DNA of 63,768 nucleotides, the filler included, from an uncultured Methanosarcinales archaeon (GTDB taxonomy: Archaea; Nanobdellota; Nanobdellia; Woesearchaeales; CAYMBN01), in assembly GCA_964388715.1 (NCBI GenBank). It is 4 parts of 3 records of this genome, joined end to end, with 100 filler letters (N's around TTAATTAATTAA, not from the genome) between each part and the next. Parts side by side here need not be neighbours in the genome. Positions count along the whole stretch, not along the records: positions 13,062 to 44,501 come from CAYMBN010000002.1; 3 more parts are not named here. One strand, written 5' to 3'. Positions 17,091 to 27,055 of the stretch are shown here, piece after piece. A model generated the notes under the pieces. That model was not told the origin of the DNA, ran no database searches, and was given only the letters and a program-made list of their open reading frames with translations. The position numbers and the translations under genes were made by a program. The first letter of the stretch is position 1. Each line of letters opens with the position of its first letter.

Positions 17091-18662
17091 ATGGCAAGAT
17101 TTACAAAAAAGGATGTTGTTTTTTTAACATTATTGTTTATGATAGCTTTATGGATGTGGACATCTCCTATTAAGCATAGTGATTTACCTTTTGGGGAGGG
17201 AGATGCTGCATGGCATTTTTCTATAGGGGATTATATTTCTAGTACTGACAGAACAATTACAAGACTTCCTAATTATATTGGATTATGGTATTATGGTTGG
17301 AATCAGAAATTAGGGATAAATGCTTTAGAATATCCTCCTTCTAATCATGTTAATTACGCTTTGATGCAGGTTGGAGGAGGACATCGTTTTATTCCGATTT
17401 ACATCTACAAAGCAATTGTTTCTTTTATTGGAGCTTTTTTTGTATATTTCTTGTTAAGGAAATTATTTGGATTTTATGCAGCTGCACTGGCTTCTTTTTG
17501 TATGATCTTTTCCTTGAGAGAAGCTATGACATATCTTTGGGGGCAACAACCTACTTTGATTTCATTTACTCTTATTCCTGCTGCAATTTATTGTTCTTAT
17601 ATGTTTTTTAGAGAAAATAAAAAAGTGGTTTATCTGTATATGTTGGCTTTGGTATTTTGTTCACAATTTTTATTACATATACAAGGACTTGTGATATCTA
17701 TACTTGTTATTTTGCCTTATTTGATTTATAGAATAATTAAAGAAAGAGGATTGCCCTTTGTAAAATCTCATATTAAACATTATATTATTCTTATTTTAAT
17801 TGTTTTAATGTTATGTTTACCTTTTTTATCATTGTATACTGGAGCATCTCCTACAATGAACCGTCTTGAAGATAGAAGTGCTGCCTATAGTAGGATATTT
17901 AAGTGGGGTGTTACTAAAGAACAAATTGGTTTATCTTATCCTGAACAATTTATTCTTTTTTCAGGAAGTTATACTAAATTTGGTTGGATTTTTGTAACGT
18001 TAGGAATAGTTATGTTATTATTAAGAAGAAAAGAACAGGACATGGTTGTGTTAAGTTGGATAATTGGTTTTTACTTTGTTCTTCATTTAGATTTATTAGG
18101 ATTTTCACAAGGAAGAGTTGCTAGAATGGCTATTTCAGAACCACAACTAATGTTTAGTCTTATTTCTGTTGGATTAGTATTTTTAGTTAATATGATTTTT
18201 AAAAATAAAAAATTGTTTAAGATTGGTGTTTATGTTTTATTTTTGATTTTTGTTATATTTCTTTTAGGGAAACCAATATACACTACTTTGAATACTTCTT
18301 ATCAAAATATACAAAGGATTACACCTGTACAATATAAAGCTGCTCTTTGGATGAAAGATAATATTCCTGAAGACTCTATTTTAATGAACAAAGGTACTTT
18401 TACTATAGCTAAAAAAAGGTTTATGCATGTTATATCAAATAGGTACATAGCGGAATTATCTGAAAAAGGATGGAAGAAAAGAAACATGACTCCTGATGAT
18501 GTTAGTTATATGATTATTGATTACTCTGATCTTGCTTATTTGCAAAATTATCCTGAATTCCAACAACAGGTAAAAGATTTAAATTTGTATGAAGCAAGTA
18601 ATTTGTCAGGAGCTAATTTGATTTATAATAATGATAATATACACATATACAAATTAAAATGA
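17091..18662 (+). CDS. GT-C-like polytopic membrane protein (paralog A)
   Basis: TM1 then loop GEGDAAWH, YPP, about 11 further TMs, C-terminal soluble domain AALWMKDNIPEDS. Confidence 0.65.
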   Translation: MARFTKKDVVFLTLLFMIALWMWTSPIKHSDLPFGEGDAAWHFSIGDYISSTDRTITRLPNYIGLWYYGWNQKLGINALEYPPSNHVNYALMQVGGGHRFIPIYIYKAIVSFIGAFFVYFLLRKLFGFYAAALASFCMIFSLREAMTYLWGQQPTLISFTLIPAAIYCSYMFFRENKKVVYLYMLALVFCSQFLLHIQGLVISILVILPYLIYRIIKERGLPFVKSHIKHYIILILIVLMLCLPFLSLYTGASPTMNRLEDRSAAYSRIFKWGVTKEQIGLSYPEQFILFSGSYTKFGWIFVTLGIVMLLLRRKEQDMVVLSWIIGFYFVLHLDLLGFSQGRVARMAISEPQLMFSLISVGLVFLVNMIFKNKKLFKIGVYVLFLIFVIFLLGKPIYTTLNTSYQNIQRITPVQYKAALWMKDNIPEDSILMNKGTFTIAKKRFMHVISNRYIAELSEKGWKKRNMTPDDVSYMIIDYSDLAYLQNYPEFQQQVKDLNLYEASNLSGANLIYNNDNIHIYKLK

Positions 18663-19009
18663 AATTGAAAATATCAACAAGGAATGTAGCAATATTTTGT
18701 TTATTATTAATATTGATACAAGTATTTTATTTACTTGGTTTTGTTGGTTTGAGATCAATAGTTTCTTTTGGATTATTTTTCTTTTTACCTTGTTATATTT
18801 TATTAAGTTTTACTGGTTTGCCTAACTATGACAAGTTTTTTTTATCTTTTTCAATAAGTTTAGGAATATTCTCCATGGTTGTGTTTTACTTAAATAGAAT
18901 CATTCCTTCTTTTAGATTAACATTAATTATTACACTTGTTGTTATATTTTTGTTAGGATTTTTTAAATTTGGAAAAGGAAACTTTGTTAAGCATTTTTAT
19001 GAGGAGTAA
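18659..19009 (+). CDS. Small 4-TM membrane protein (DUF1616-like, paralog A)
   Basis: FFLPCYILL..DKFFLSFSISL; ATGA overlap with the upstream gene. Confidence 0.65.
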   Translation: MKLKISTRNVAIFCLLLILIQVFYLLGFVGLRSIVSFGLFFFLPCYILLSFTGLPNYDKFFLSFSISLGIFSMVVFYLNRIIPSFRLTLIITLVVIFLLGFFKFGKGNFVKHFYEE

Positions 19010-20461
19010 ATGATAGTTACAATTATTAATCCAAATATTGTAACTCAGAAAGGAGATTTTTTTGGAACAGGTATACCTTATATGCCAATAATACCAGCAT
19101 ATTTAGCTTCACATTTATTATCAAAAAAATATAAAGTGGAAGTTATTGATTCTTTTGGTCAGAATCCTACTAAAAAAAGGATTGAAGGGGATTTGATTAT
19201 TCATGGATTGAGTTTGAGTGAAATCCTTAATAAAGTTAACAAGAAAACTGATCTGATTTGTATTTATGCAGGCCATATTGTTGAGCATAGTGTTATTGTT
19301 AAAATAATTAAAGTGATTAAAAAAAGGTTTAAGGAAAAGAAGATACTTGTTTTTGAAAATTCACAGGCTGTGACAGCATATTCCTTAAGGATTGCACATA
19401 GAGATTTTTTTGATCAAGGATGTGATTATGTTGTTTATGGTAACCCTGAGGAAACTGTTAATAAGTTGCTTTCTGGGAAATCTTTGAAAACTATAGACGG
19501 GTTGATCTATAGAAAAGCAAAAATAATAATAATTAATAAACCACATACTCAAAAGATTAAAATAGATGACCTTCCTTTTCCTGCATGGCATCTTTTTCCA
19601 ATTGTAAATTATTGGAAATTAGGGTATGCTCATGTTCCTTATAAAAAAAGGTATATGCCTTTGTTAACTTCTAGAGGTTGTCCATTTGAATGTGCATTTT
19701 GTATAATTCCTTTCACAAATAGGAGAAAGTGGAGAGGAAGAACTGCTGAAAATGTTTTTGAGGAGATGAAAAAATATGTGGTTGAGTTTGATGTTAATGA
19801 GTTTCATATTGAAGATTTAAATCCAACTATTAATAGGAAAAGAATTGAAAAATTGTGTAAGTTAATTATTAAATCTGGTTTAAGTATTACTTTTAAATTT
19901 GCTTCTGGTATTAAAATTGAAACAATTGATAGAAAAACATTGGATTTGTTGTATAAGGCGGGTTGTAGATATATTTCTTTTTCACCTGAGTCTGGTTCTG
20001 AAAAAGTATTGAAGCTTATGAAGAAACCGTTTAATTATAAACATGGACTTGAAATGACAAGAGTAATGTCAAAACTCGGAATTGTTTCACAAGCTTGTTT
20101 TGTGCTAGGTTTTCCAGGAGAAACCAAGAGTGATTTAAGATTAACACAAAAATATGCTTTACAGTTAGTACGTAAAGGTGTTGATGAGCTTGCTTTTTTT
20201 ATTATGACTCCTGTGCCTGGTTCTAAACCATATGAATTTTCTCAAATTAAAGATCTTTCAAAACTAACTTTTTCACCTAAGTGGAGAAAGGAATACAAGT
20301 TTTTACATAAATTTAGGTTTAAATTATACCTTTTATTTGTTTTATTAAAATTTCTCTATTCTCCTCTCCGTACAGTGACGATTCCATTAAGAATTTTGAT
20401 TAAGAACTTTAGGACTAAAATTGAGATGACTGTTTATAGAGTGTTTAATCAGACAAAATAG
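19010..20461 (+). CDS. B12-binding radical SAM protein
   Basis: YMPIIPAYLAS, LPFPAWHL, TSRGCPFECAFC, PESGS, LGFPGET, PVPGS. Confidence 0.88.
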   Translation: MIVTIINPNIVTQKGDFFGTGIPYMPIIPAYLASHLLSKKYKVEVIDSFGQNPTKKRIEGDLIIHGLSLSEILNKVNKKTDLICIYAGHIVEHSVIVKIIKVIKKRFKEKKILVFENSQAVTAYSLRIAHRDFFDQGCDYVVYGNPEETVNKLLSGKSLKTIDGLIYRKAKIIIINKPHTQKIKIDDLPFPAWHLFPIVNYWKLGYAHVPYKKRYMPLLTSRGCPFECAFCIIPFTNRRKWRGRTAENVFEEMKKYVVEFDVNEFHIEDLNPTINRKRIEKLCKLIIKSGLSITFKFASGIKIETIDRKTLDLLYKAGCRYISFSPESGSEKVLKLMKKPFNYKHGLEMTRVMSKLGIVSQACFVLGFPGETKSDLRLTQKYALQLVRKGVDELAFFIMTPVPGSKPYEFSQIKDLSKLTFSPKWRKEYKFLHKFRFKLYLLFVLLKFLYSPLRTVTIPLRILIKNFRTKIEMTVYRVFNQTK

Positions 20462-20506
20462 TTAAATTTAAATATACCTATTTTAAAATAGTAAATGGGG
20501 GATTAG

Positions 20507-21223
20507 ATGACTTTATTATCTATAATAATACCAGCTTATAATGAAGAAAAGACGATAGAAAAGCTTATTGGTATAGTTAAAAGTATTAAACTTCTTCCAG
20601 GTGTTGAAAAAGAAATAGTTGTTGTTGATGATGGAAGTAAAGATAACACTCTTAGAATAATAAGAAGTATTAAAGGTATTAAAGTTGTAAGTCAGCCTAA
20701 TAAAGGAAAAGGTGGCGCGATAAGGACTGGTGTTATACATTCTACTGGAGATATCATAATTGTACAAGATGCTGACCTTGAATATGATCCTAATGAAATT
20801 TCTTTGGTTATAAAACCTATTGTTGAAGGAAAAGCTAAGGTTGTTTATGGTTCACGTTTTCTTTCAAGTAAACAATTGAACAGAAACAAGTTATTTATGA
20901 AACATCACAAGTCATATTTCACAGCTTATTTGGGTGGAAGGATAATAACACAAGCAACTAATCTTTTATTTTTATCAAGATTAACAGATGAACCAACATG
21001 TTATAAGTGTTTTGATGCAAATCTTATTAAAAAATTAAAAATTAAGAATAATGGTTTTGAATGGGAACCTGAAATTACAGCAAAAATTTTGAAAAGAGGC
21101 ATTAAAATAAGAGAAGTTCCAATTTCCTATTTTCCAAGGACTTATGAAGAAGGTAAGAAAATTAATTGGAAAGATGGTGTTAAAGCTATCTTAACGTTGC
21201 TTAAATATAGATTTATGAATTAA
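20507..21223 (+). CDS. GT2 glycosyltransferase (polyprenol-phosphate glycosyltransferase-like)
   Basis: SIIIPAYNEE, VDDGSKD, NKGKGGA, QDADLEYDP, YGSRF, FEWEPEIT, EGKKINWKDG. Confidence 0.92.
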   Translation: MTLLSIIIPAYNEEKTIEKLIGIVKSIKLLPGVEKEIVVVDDGSKDNTLRIIRSIKGIKVVSQPNKGKGGAIRTGVIHSTGDIIIVQDADLEYDPNEISLVIKPIVEGKAKVVYGSRFLSSKQLNRNKLFMKHHKSYFTAYLGGRIITQATNLLFLSRLTDEPTCYKCFDANLIKKLKIKNNGFEWEPEITAKILKRGIKIREVPISYFPRTYEEGKKINWKDGVKAILTLLKYRFMN

Positions 21224-21235
21224 AAGTGAATTAAA

Positions 21236-22678
21236 ATGGATTTATTACTTATTTTCCCAGCATTATCTAAAGAAGAAAGTTATTCTGAGATAAAGATATC
21301 TAGTAAGGCTGGTGGTTTTTTGCCTCCTTTAGGAATAGCAGCATTGGCAGCATATTTGGTTGATAAAGGGTTTGAGGTAGGAATTTTGGATCCTCAAGTG
21401 CAGAATATGTCTGTGCAAAAAATTATTGATTATATAAGACTAAAAAACCCTAAAGTAATTGGTTTATCAACTCTTACTTCTACTTTTGAAAAAGCTAAGG
21501 ATATTGCAAGGTTGGCAAGGCAAGAGTTTCCAGAAAAATTAGTTATGATTGGTGGACATCATATAACAATTTATTCAAAAGTAATTGCACAGGAAGAAAA
21601 ATGTTTTGATATACTTAGTATTGGTGAAGGTGAGTTGACAGCTAATGAATTAATGGAATTTTTTAAAAAGAAAAATTATGATCGTGATAAAATACTAAGT
21701 AACGTAAAATCATTGAAAAAGATAAAAGGAATTATTTTTAAACATAAAGGGAAGATTATTACAACTGAACCAAGAGAACTTATTCCTGACTTGAATGTTC
21801 TTCCTTTTCCAGCAAGATATCTTTTACCAATGAAGAAGTATATCCCATTACCAATTGAATACAAAAGATTACCTACTATACATATGATGATTAGTAGAGG
21901 TTGTCCTTTTAATTGTACTTATTGTTCTACTCATGCTGCATTTGGTTATAGAGTAAGATTTAGAAGTCCTGAGAATGTTGTAGATGAAATTAAACATGTT
22001 ATTAAGAAGTATGGTGCTAAACAAATTAGTTTTTGGGATGATGTTTTGACTATTGATAAAAAGTGGATTAACAAACTTTGTGATTTGATGATTAAGGAAA
22101 AACTTAATATTATTTGGAATTGTTATGCACATCCTAATACTGTTACTAATGAAATGCTTAAAAAAATGAAAAAAGCAGGTTGTTTTTGTATTTGGTATGG
22201 TATTGAAGCTGGTGATAATTCTTTATTGAAAATAATTAATAAAGGTACTACTGTTGAGAGTGTTAGGAAAGCTGTAAAATTAACTAAAAAGAATGGTATT
22301 GAAGTGAGAGGATTGTTTATGTTAGGTTTACCAGGTGAAACTCCATACTTAGCAAGAAAAACTATTAACTTTGCTAAGAAGCTTGATGTTGATTATGCTC
22401 AATTTAGTATAACAACGCCTCATATTGGGACTAAACTTTATGAGGAAGCACCTAAGTATGGTAATCTTCAAAAAAACTTTTCTCGTTTTACTCAACATGA
22501 AGCTGTTTTTGTTCCTTTTGGTTATAAAAATAAAAAGCAAGTAGAAAGAATGGCAAAAATAGCTTATAAGGAATTTTATTATAGACCTTCATACTTTATT
22601 AAAAATCTTTTAAAAATAAGAGGGGTTGAGGATATAAAAAGGTATCTAAAAGCATTTAAGATTGCTATTGGATTTTAA
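21236..22678 (+). CDS. B12-binding radical SAM protein (class B methyltransferase-like)
   Basis: PPLGIAALAA, GGHHIT, GEGE, SRGCPFNCTYC, DDV, GIEAG, MLGLPGET. Confidence 0.9.
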   Translation: MDLLLIFPALSKEESYSEIKISSKAGGFLPPLGIAALAAYLVDKGFEVGILDPQVQNMSVQKIIDYIRLKNPKVIGLSTLTSTFEKAKDIARLARQEFPEKLVMIGGHHITIYSKVIAQEEKCFDILSIGEGELTANELMEFFKKKNYDRDKILSNVKSLKKIKGIIFKHKGKIITTEPRELIPDLNVLPFPARYLLPMKKYIPLPIEYKRLPTIHMMISRGCPFNCTYCSTHAAFGYRVRFRSPENVVDEIKHVIKKYGAKQISFWDDVLTIDKKWINKLCDLMIKEKLNIIWNCYAHPNTVTNEMLKKMKKAGCFCIWYGIEAGDNSLLKIINKGTTVESVRKAVKLTKKNGIEVRGLFMLGLPGETPYLARKTINFAKKLDVDYAQFSITTPHIGTKLYEEAPKYGNLQKNFSRFTQHEAVFVPFGYKNKKQVERMAKIAYKEFYYRPSYFIKNLLKIRGVEDIKRYLKAFKIAIGF

Positions 22679-22692
22679 GAGGAGTGATAATA

Positions 22693-23607
22693 ATGAGAAA
22701 AGGATTTGAAAATGTGGTTTGTAATTTGTGTGGATCTGATAATTATAAAATTTTAATTAAAAGCAGGTATGATCAAGAAGAACAAGAAGATTTAACTGTT
22801 AAATTTAGGTCTAGTGGTGATGAAACTTTAGTTGATCAAGTTGTTAAGTGTAAAAAGTGTGGTCTTATTTATATTAATCCTAGAATAAAAGCAAAAATGA
22901 TTGTTGATGGCTATTCACAAGGTTCTGATGAAGCTTTTGTTTCACAAGAAGAGGGTAGAGCAATTACATTTGGAAGATGTTTAAAATTAGTTGAAAAATA
23001 TTCTAAAAAAGGAAAAATACTTGATATTGGTACTGCAGGTGGAACTTTTCTTAATGTAGCAAAAAAACATGGTTGGAAAGTATATGGTATAGAGCCAAGT
23101 AAATGGCTTAGTAAGTGGGGAAAGAAGAATTATGGGATTGATATTAAGCCAGGTACATTATTTGATTATAAATTTAAAGATAATTTTTTTGATGTAATTA
23201 CTTTGTGGGATGTTCTTGAACATATGCCAAACCCAAAAAAAGCGCTTTTAGAAATAAATCGTATACTTAAACCAGGTGGACTATTAATTGTTAATTACCC
23301 TAATATTGGTAGTTGGTTATCAAAGTTAATGCGAAATAAATGGATCTTTTTATTGTCTGTGCATTTGTATTATTTTACACCTAAAACTATAAAAGGGATT
23401 TTGAAAAGAACTGGGTTTAAGACAATAAAAACAAAACCGCATTTTCAAACATTACAATTGGATTATCTTATATTTAGGATGGAAGCTTATAGTAAATTAC
23501 TTCATAAGCTAGGTAAAACAACAATTAAACTTCTTGGAATGGGTAATCTTCAAATTCCTTATTGGTTAGGTCAAACTTTAGTTGTTGCAAGAAAAATTAA
23601 GAATTGA
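22693..23607 (+). CDS. Class I SAM-dependent methyltransferase with N-terminal Zn site
   Basis: CNLCGS..CKKCGL, ILDIGTAGG, FDVITLWDVLEH, LKPGG, HLYYF. Confidence 0.9.
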   Translation: MRKGFENVVCNLCGSDNYKILIKSRYDQEEQEDLTVKFRSSGDETLVDQVVKCKKCGLIYINPRIKAKMIVDGYSQGSDEAFVSQEEGRAITFGRCLKLVEKYSKKGKILDIGTAGGTFLNVAKKHGWKVYGIEPSKWLSKWGKKNYGIDIKPGTLFDYKFKDNFFDVITLWDVLEHMPNPKKALLEINRILKPGGLLIVNYPNIGSWLSKLMRNKWIFLLSVHLYYFTPKTIKGILKRTGFKTIKTKPHFQTLQLDYLIFRMEAYSKLLHKLGKTTIKLLGMGNLQIPYWLGQTLVVARKIKN

Positions 23608-23620
23608 GGAGATTTTGGAA

Positions 23621-25063
23621 ATGAAAAAGAGTAGCAAGAAGAAGAAAAAAACTTTCACAATATTAGGTGCAGGAATATCTGGTTTGTCATGTGGTTTTGA
23701 ATTGGTTAAATCAAAAGATGTTAAATTAATTGTACTTGAAAAACAAAATTGTGTTGGTGGTGTTTGTGGTAGTTTTAGGTATAAAGATTTTACTCTTGAT
23801 TACGGTCCACATAAAATTTATTCTCAGATTGAAGGCCTTATGGATTATTTTAAGTCTGTTATAGGTGAGGAAACATTAAAAGTTAAAAAAAGAAATAGCC
23901 TTTATGTTATGGATAAATATTTTAGATTTCCATTATCAATACCAAACTTAATTTCTAATATCTCTGTTAAAACAGTTACTAAGGGAACACATGTTTTTTT
24001 TAGTTTTTTTAATGCTAAATTATTAAGTATGTTTAGGAAAAATCCATTGTCTTATCAAGATTATCTTAAGCAAGGTTTTGGTAAAGCTGGATATAATTTA
24101 ATGTTTAGAGATTATGCATGGAAAGTTTGGGGTGCACCTTATAAGTTAAGTAGTGAAATAGCTAAGAAAAGAATACCTGTGTTAAGTATTTCAGAATTAA
24201 TAAAAAGCGCTGTTATGAAAAAGGACAAACCCAAAATTAGTGCTGAATTTTTTTATTATCCTAAGAATGGTGTAGGTACTGTTTGTGATAATCTTAAAAA
24301 AGAAATTTCTAAGAAAGGGGCAAAGGTTCATTTAAATTCCCTTCCAACTAAAATTAATATTGTGGGTAATAGAATTAATTCTGTTACTTTTAAGCAAGGT
24401 TCAAAAACTATGAATATGGTGGTTGATTATTTGATATCAACAATTCCTTTAAGAGATCTTGTTAAAGTGATTAATCCTAAACCATCAGTAGATATTATTC
24501 ATTCTGCTGAACAACTTAAGCAGAGGGACTTGATTGTGATTTATTTATTTTTTGATAAAGAATTGATACTTAAGAATGATAATTGGATCTTTTTTCCTGG
24601 TAAAGAAGTGATATTTAATAGGGTTTCAGAACAGAAATCCTTTAGTGAGTTTACTTGTCCTAAAGGAAAAACAGCTTTAATGGTTGAGATTACGTGTGGA
24701 AAAAATGATAAAATATCTGAAATGAGCGATAAAGAAATTCTTAACATAGCTTTAAGAGATATGTATAAGGTTAATGTTATAAAAAAGAGTTTGAAACCTT
24801 TTGATTTTAAGATAATCAAAATGGAAAATACTTATCCTGTTTATTCATTAGATTACAAAAAACATCTTAGTAAAGTATTGAGTTATTTGAAAGGGATTCA
24901 AAATTTGTATTCTGTTGGAAGGCAAGGACTGTTTAATTACAATAATATGGATCATTGTGTTGATATGTGTACTATACTGGCTAAACATTTATTAAGTGGT
25001 AAAGGAAAGGAAGATTGGGAAAAGTTTAATAATAGGTTTGATAATTATAAAATAGTTGATTGA
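23621..25063 (+). CDS. FAD-dependent oxidoreductase (UDP-galactopyranose mutase/HemY-like fold)
   Basis: ILGAGISGL, EK..VGG, DYGPH, FYYPKNG, YPVY, GRQGLFNYNNMDH. Confidence 0.82.
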   Translation: MKKSSKKKKKTFTILGAGISGLSCGFELVKSKDVKLIVLEKQNCVGGVCGSFRYKDFTLDYGPHKIYSQIEGLMDYFKSVIGEETLKVKKRNSLYVMDKYFRFPLSIPNLISNISVKTVTKGTHVFFSFFNAKLLSMFRKNPLSYQDYLKQGFGKAGYNLMFRDYAWKVWGAPYKLSSEIAKKRIPVLSISELIKSAVMKKDKPKISAEFFYYPKNGVGTVCDNLKKEISKKGAKVHLNSLPTKINIVGNRINSVTFKQGSKTMNMVVDYLISTIPLRDLVKVINPKPSVDIIHSAEQLKQRDLIVIYLFFDKELILKNDNWIFFPGKEVIFNRVSEQKSFSEFTCPKGKTALMVEITCGKNDKISEMSDKEILNIALRDMYKVNVIKKSLKPFDFKIIKMENTYPVYSLDYKKHLSKVLSYLKGIQNLYSVGRQGLFNYNNMDHCVDMCTILAKHLLSGKGKEDWEKFNNRFDNYKIVD

Positions 25064-25068
25064 TTATA

Positions 25069-26709
25069 ATGAAATGGAAAATAAATAATACAGTTCTTGA
25101 GGTGGTAGCAGTTTTTATGTTTCTGCTTTTCTTTGTACAAATTGGTGCAGGAAACCTTTTTGATCATAAAGTTAAACATGATTTTCCTTATGCTTATTAT
25201 GCAGCAGATAGTTTTACACATCAATCATTTGCCCAATCTTTAAAAGATGTAGGTGATTGGAAAATTGCACCTTCATACTTTTATGCTGGTTTTGATGATG
25301 TTGTAGGATTTAATCCACCAACATTACCTTATTCTTCTGTTCAATTATCTTATTTTAGTGGATTGGAGGTCTATGATACTATTTACTTTTTAGTAATTTT
25401 TTTGGTTACAGGTACTTTATTAGTAATGTATTTAATAATTAGGGAGTTTAGTAGAAATGTTGCAATATTATCGCTACCATTTACAACTTTTTTGTTTACT
25501 CATAATTTTTATTCTGGGATTTTAATGGGGCAATGGGATTTTTATATGGGAGAATTTTTATTAATATGTCTTTTTTATCTTTTTTATAAAGTTAATATGC
25601 GTTTTTATTCTCTGTTAATTGGATTTTTGTTATCTGCACTTTTTATGGCACATTCAATCGAATTTTTGTATGGATGTTTCTTTATATTTTTGTTTTTACT
25701 AGCAAACTTTTATTATAAAAAGATTGATTTTAAGAAAACTTTTAAGAAATTAGTAATTGCAGGTGTTTTGTTTTTGGTATTATCGTTTTATTTTATTGTT
25801 ATTGTTAATGGGACATGGGTGAAGTCTCCTACAAGTAGTTTGTTAAGTTTTGATAGTGTAAAAGATGCTGAAGCAAGAGGACAGTTTGCAATTGTTAAGA
25901 CTACTGACTTTGGTTTTTTCTTAATATTTTTAGTAGGTGGAATTATAATCTCTTTACTTACCATCAGGAAGTTTAATTATGCTTCTTTGGTTGCTTTATT
26001 TGCTTTCTTGATTGGAGCTGGCAATAGTTTTGGTATTGGGATGAGAGCATTTCAATTTAGATTTTTATGGCCTATTACTTTATGTTTTTTCTTTGGTTTA
26101 AGTATATTTTATATAGTAAAACTTGTAATCCCAAAGTGGAAATTATTTTACTCAATTCTATTAGCTATTTTATTATGTTTTTTAATTTGGAATATGAATT
26201 ATAATGTTATGAATAATCCTGGAGTTATGGATCCTCAACATTGGCAAGCTATTAATTGGATTGAGAAAAATACCGGATATAATGAAAGATTGTTGTTTTT
26301 TTATGGGACAACTTATCTTCATGCACCGTCTCTCTATAACGCAAAGAGGGTGTGTTATCTTGTGAAAACAAATGATTATATCGACGCTGTACAAAAAAGT
26401 GAGCTTAGGAGAACTTACGATAGTTATCCCTCTAATCATGGTGTTGGTATGCCTTATCGTGTTACATTTTTTGAATTTGCTTCTCATGCAGAGGAAACAA
26501 ATAAAACTTATAACTTTCCTCAACATAAAGATCTTTGTAGTTTTGAGTATGTTGTGTTAGATAAAATAACTAATCAACAAGTTTTCTCAAATTATAATCT
26601 AGCGATGCGTTCAAAATTGATGGGATATAATTTTACTGAAGTTTTTTCAAATCAGGTTGTAAGTATACTTAAGAATCCTAATGTGGGTGGTGATTGTATT
26701 GAGTATTAA
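25069..26709 (+). CDS. GT-C-like polytopic membrane protein (paralog B)
   Basis: Loop AADSFTH, FNPP, MGQW, many TMs, AINWIEKNT. Confidence 0.65.
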   Translation: MKWKINNTVLEVVAVFMFLLFFVQIGAGNLFDHKVKHDFPYAYYAADSFTHQSFAQSLKDVGDWKIAPSYFYAGFDDVVGFNPPTLPYSSVQLSYFSGLEVYDTIYFLVIFLVTGTLLVMYLIIREFSRNVAILSLPFTTFLFTHNFYSGILMGQWDFYMGEFLLICLFYLFYKVNMRFYSLLIGFLLSALFMAHSIEFLYGCFFIFLFLLANFYYKKIDFKKTFKKLVIAGVLFLVLSFYFIVIVNGTWVKSPTSSLLSFDSVKDAEARGQFAIVKTTDFGFFLIFLVGGIIISLLTIRKFNYASLVALFAFLIGAGNSFGIGMRAFQFRFLWPITLCFFFGLSIFYIVKLVIPKWKLFYSILLAILLCFLIWNMNYNVMNNPGVMDPQHWQAINWIEKNTGYNERLLFFYGTTYLHAPSLYNAKRVCYLVKTNDYIDAVQKSELRRTYDSYPSNHGVGMPYRVTFFEFASHAEETNKTYNFPQHKDLCSFEYVVLDKITNQQVFSNYNLAMRSKLMGYNFTEVFSNQVVSILKNPNVGGDCIEY

Positions 26710-27055
26710 AACATTAAAAAAAGATTTTACTTACATTATTTCACTATTTGTATTAGGTTTAGTATTCTTTAGAATAATTTTTTATAAGGATAGTTTTGTT
26801 ACTACATTAAAAATTTTGTTAGCTATTTTTATTCAAATAATAATCCCGGGTTACTTTTTAGTTTATGTATTTTTTAATAAACCTAGTTTTGCCCAGAAGT
26901 TTATTTTAGGTATAGGACTTAGTACAGTGTTTTTTACCACAATAGGTTATATTTTGGGTACTATGAGTTTAAATATTAAATTTTATTGGCCATTATTTAT
27001 CATTTTAACAATACCAGGGATTTATTATGCATATAAGCTTGATCTTAATGTTTAA
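26681..27055 (+). CDS. Small 4-TM membrane protein (DUF1616-like, paralog B)
   Basis: IIPGYFLV..QKFILGIGLS; overlaps the upstream GT-C gene; start uncertain. Confidence 0.65.
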   Translation: MWVVIVLSIKTLKKDFTYIISLFVLGLVFFRIIFYKDSFVTTLKILLAIFIQIIIPGYFLVYVFFNKPSFAQKFILGIGLSTVFFTTIGYILGTMSLNIKFYWPLFIILTIPGIYYAYKLDLNV

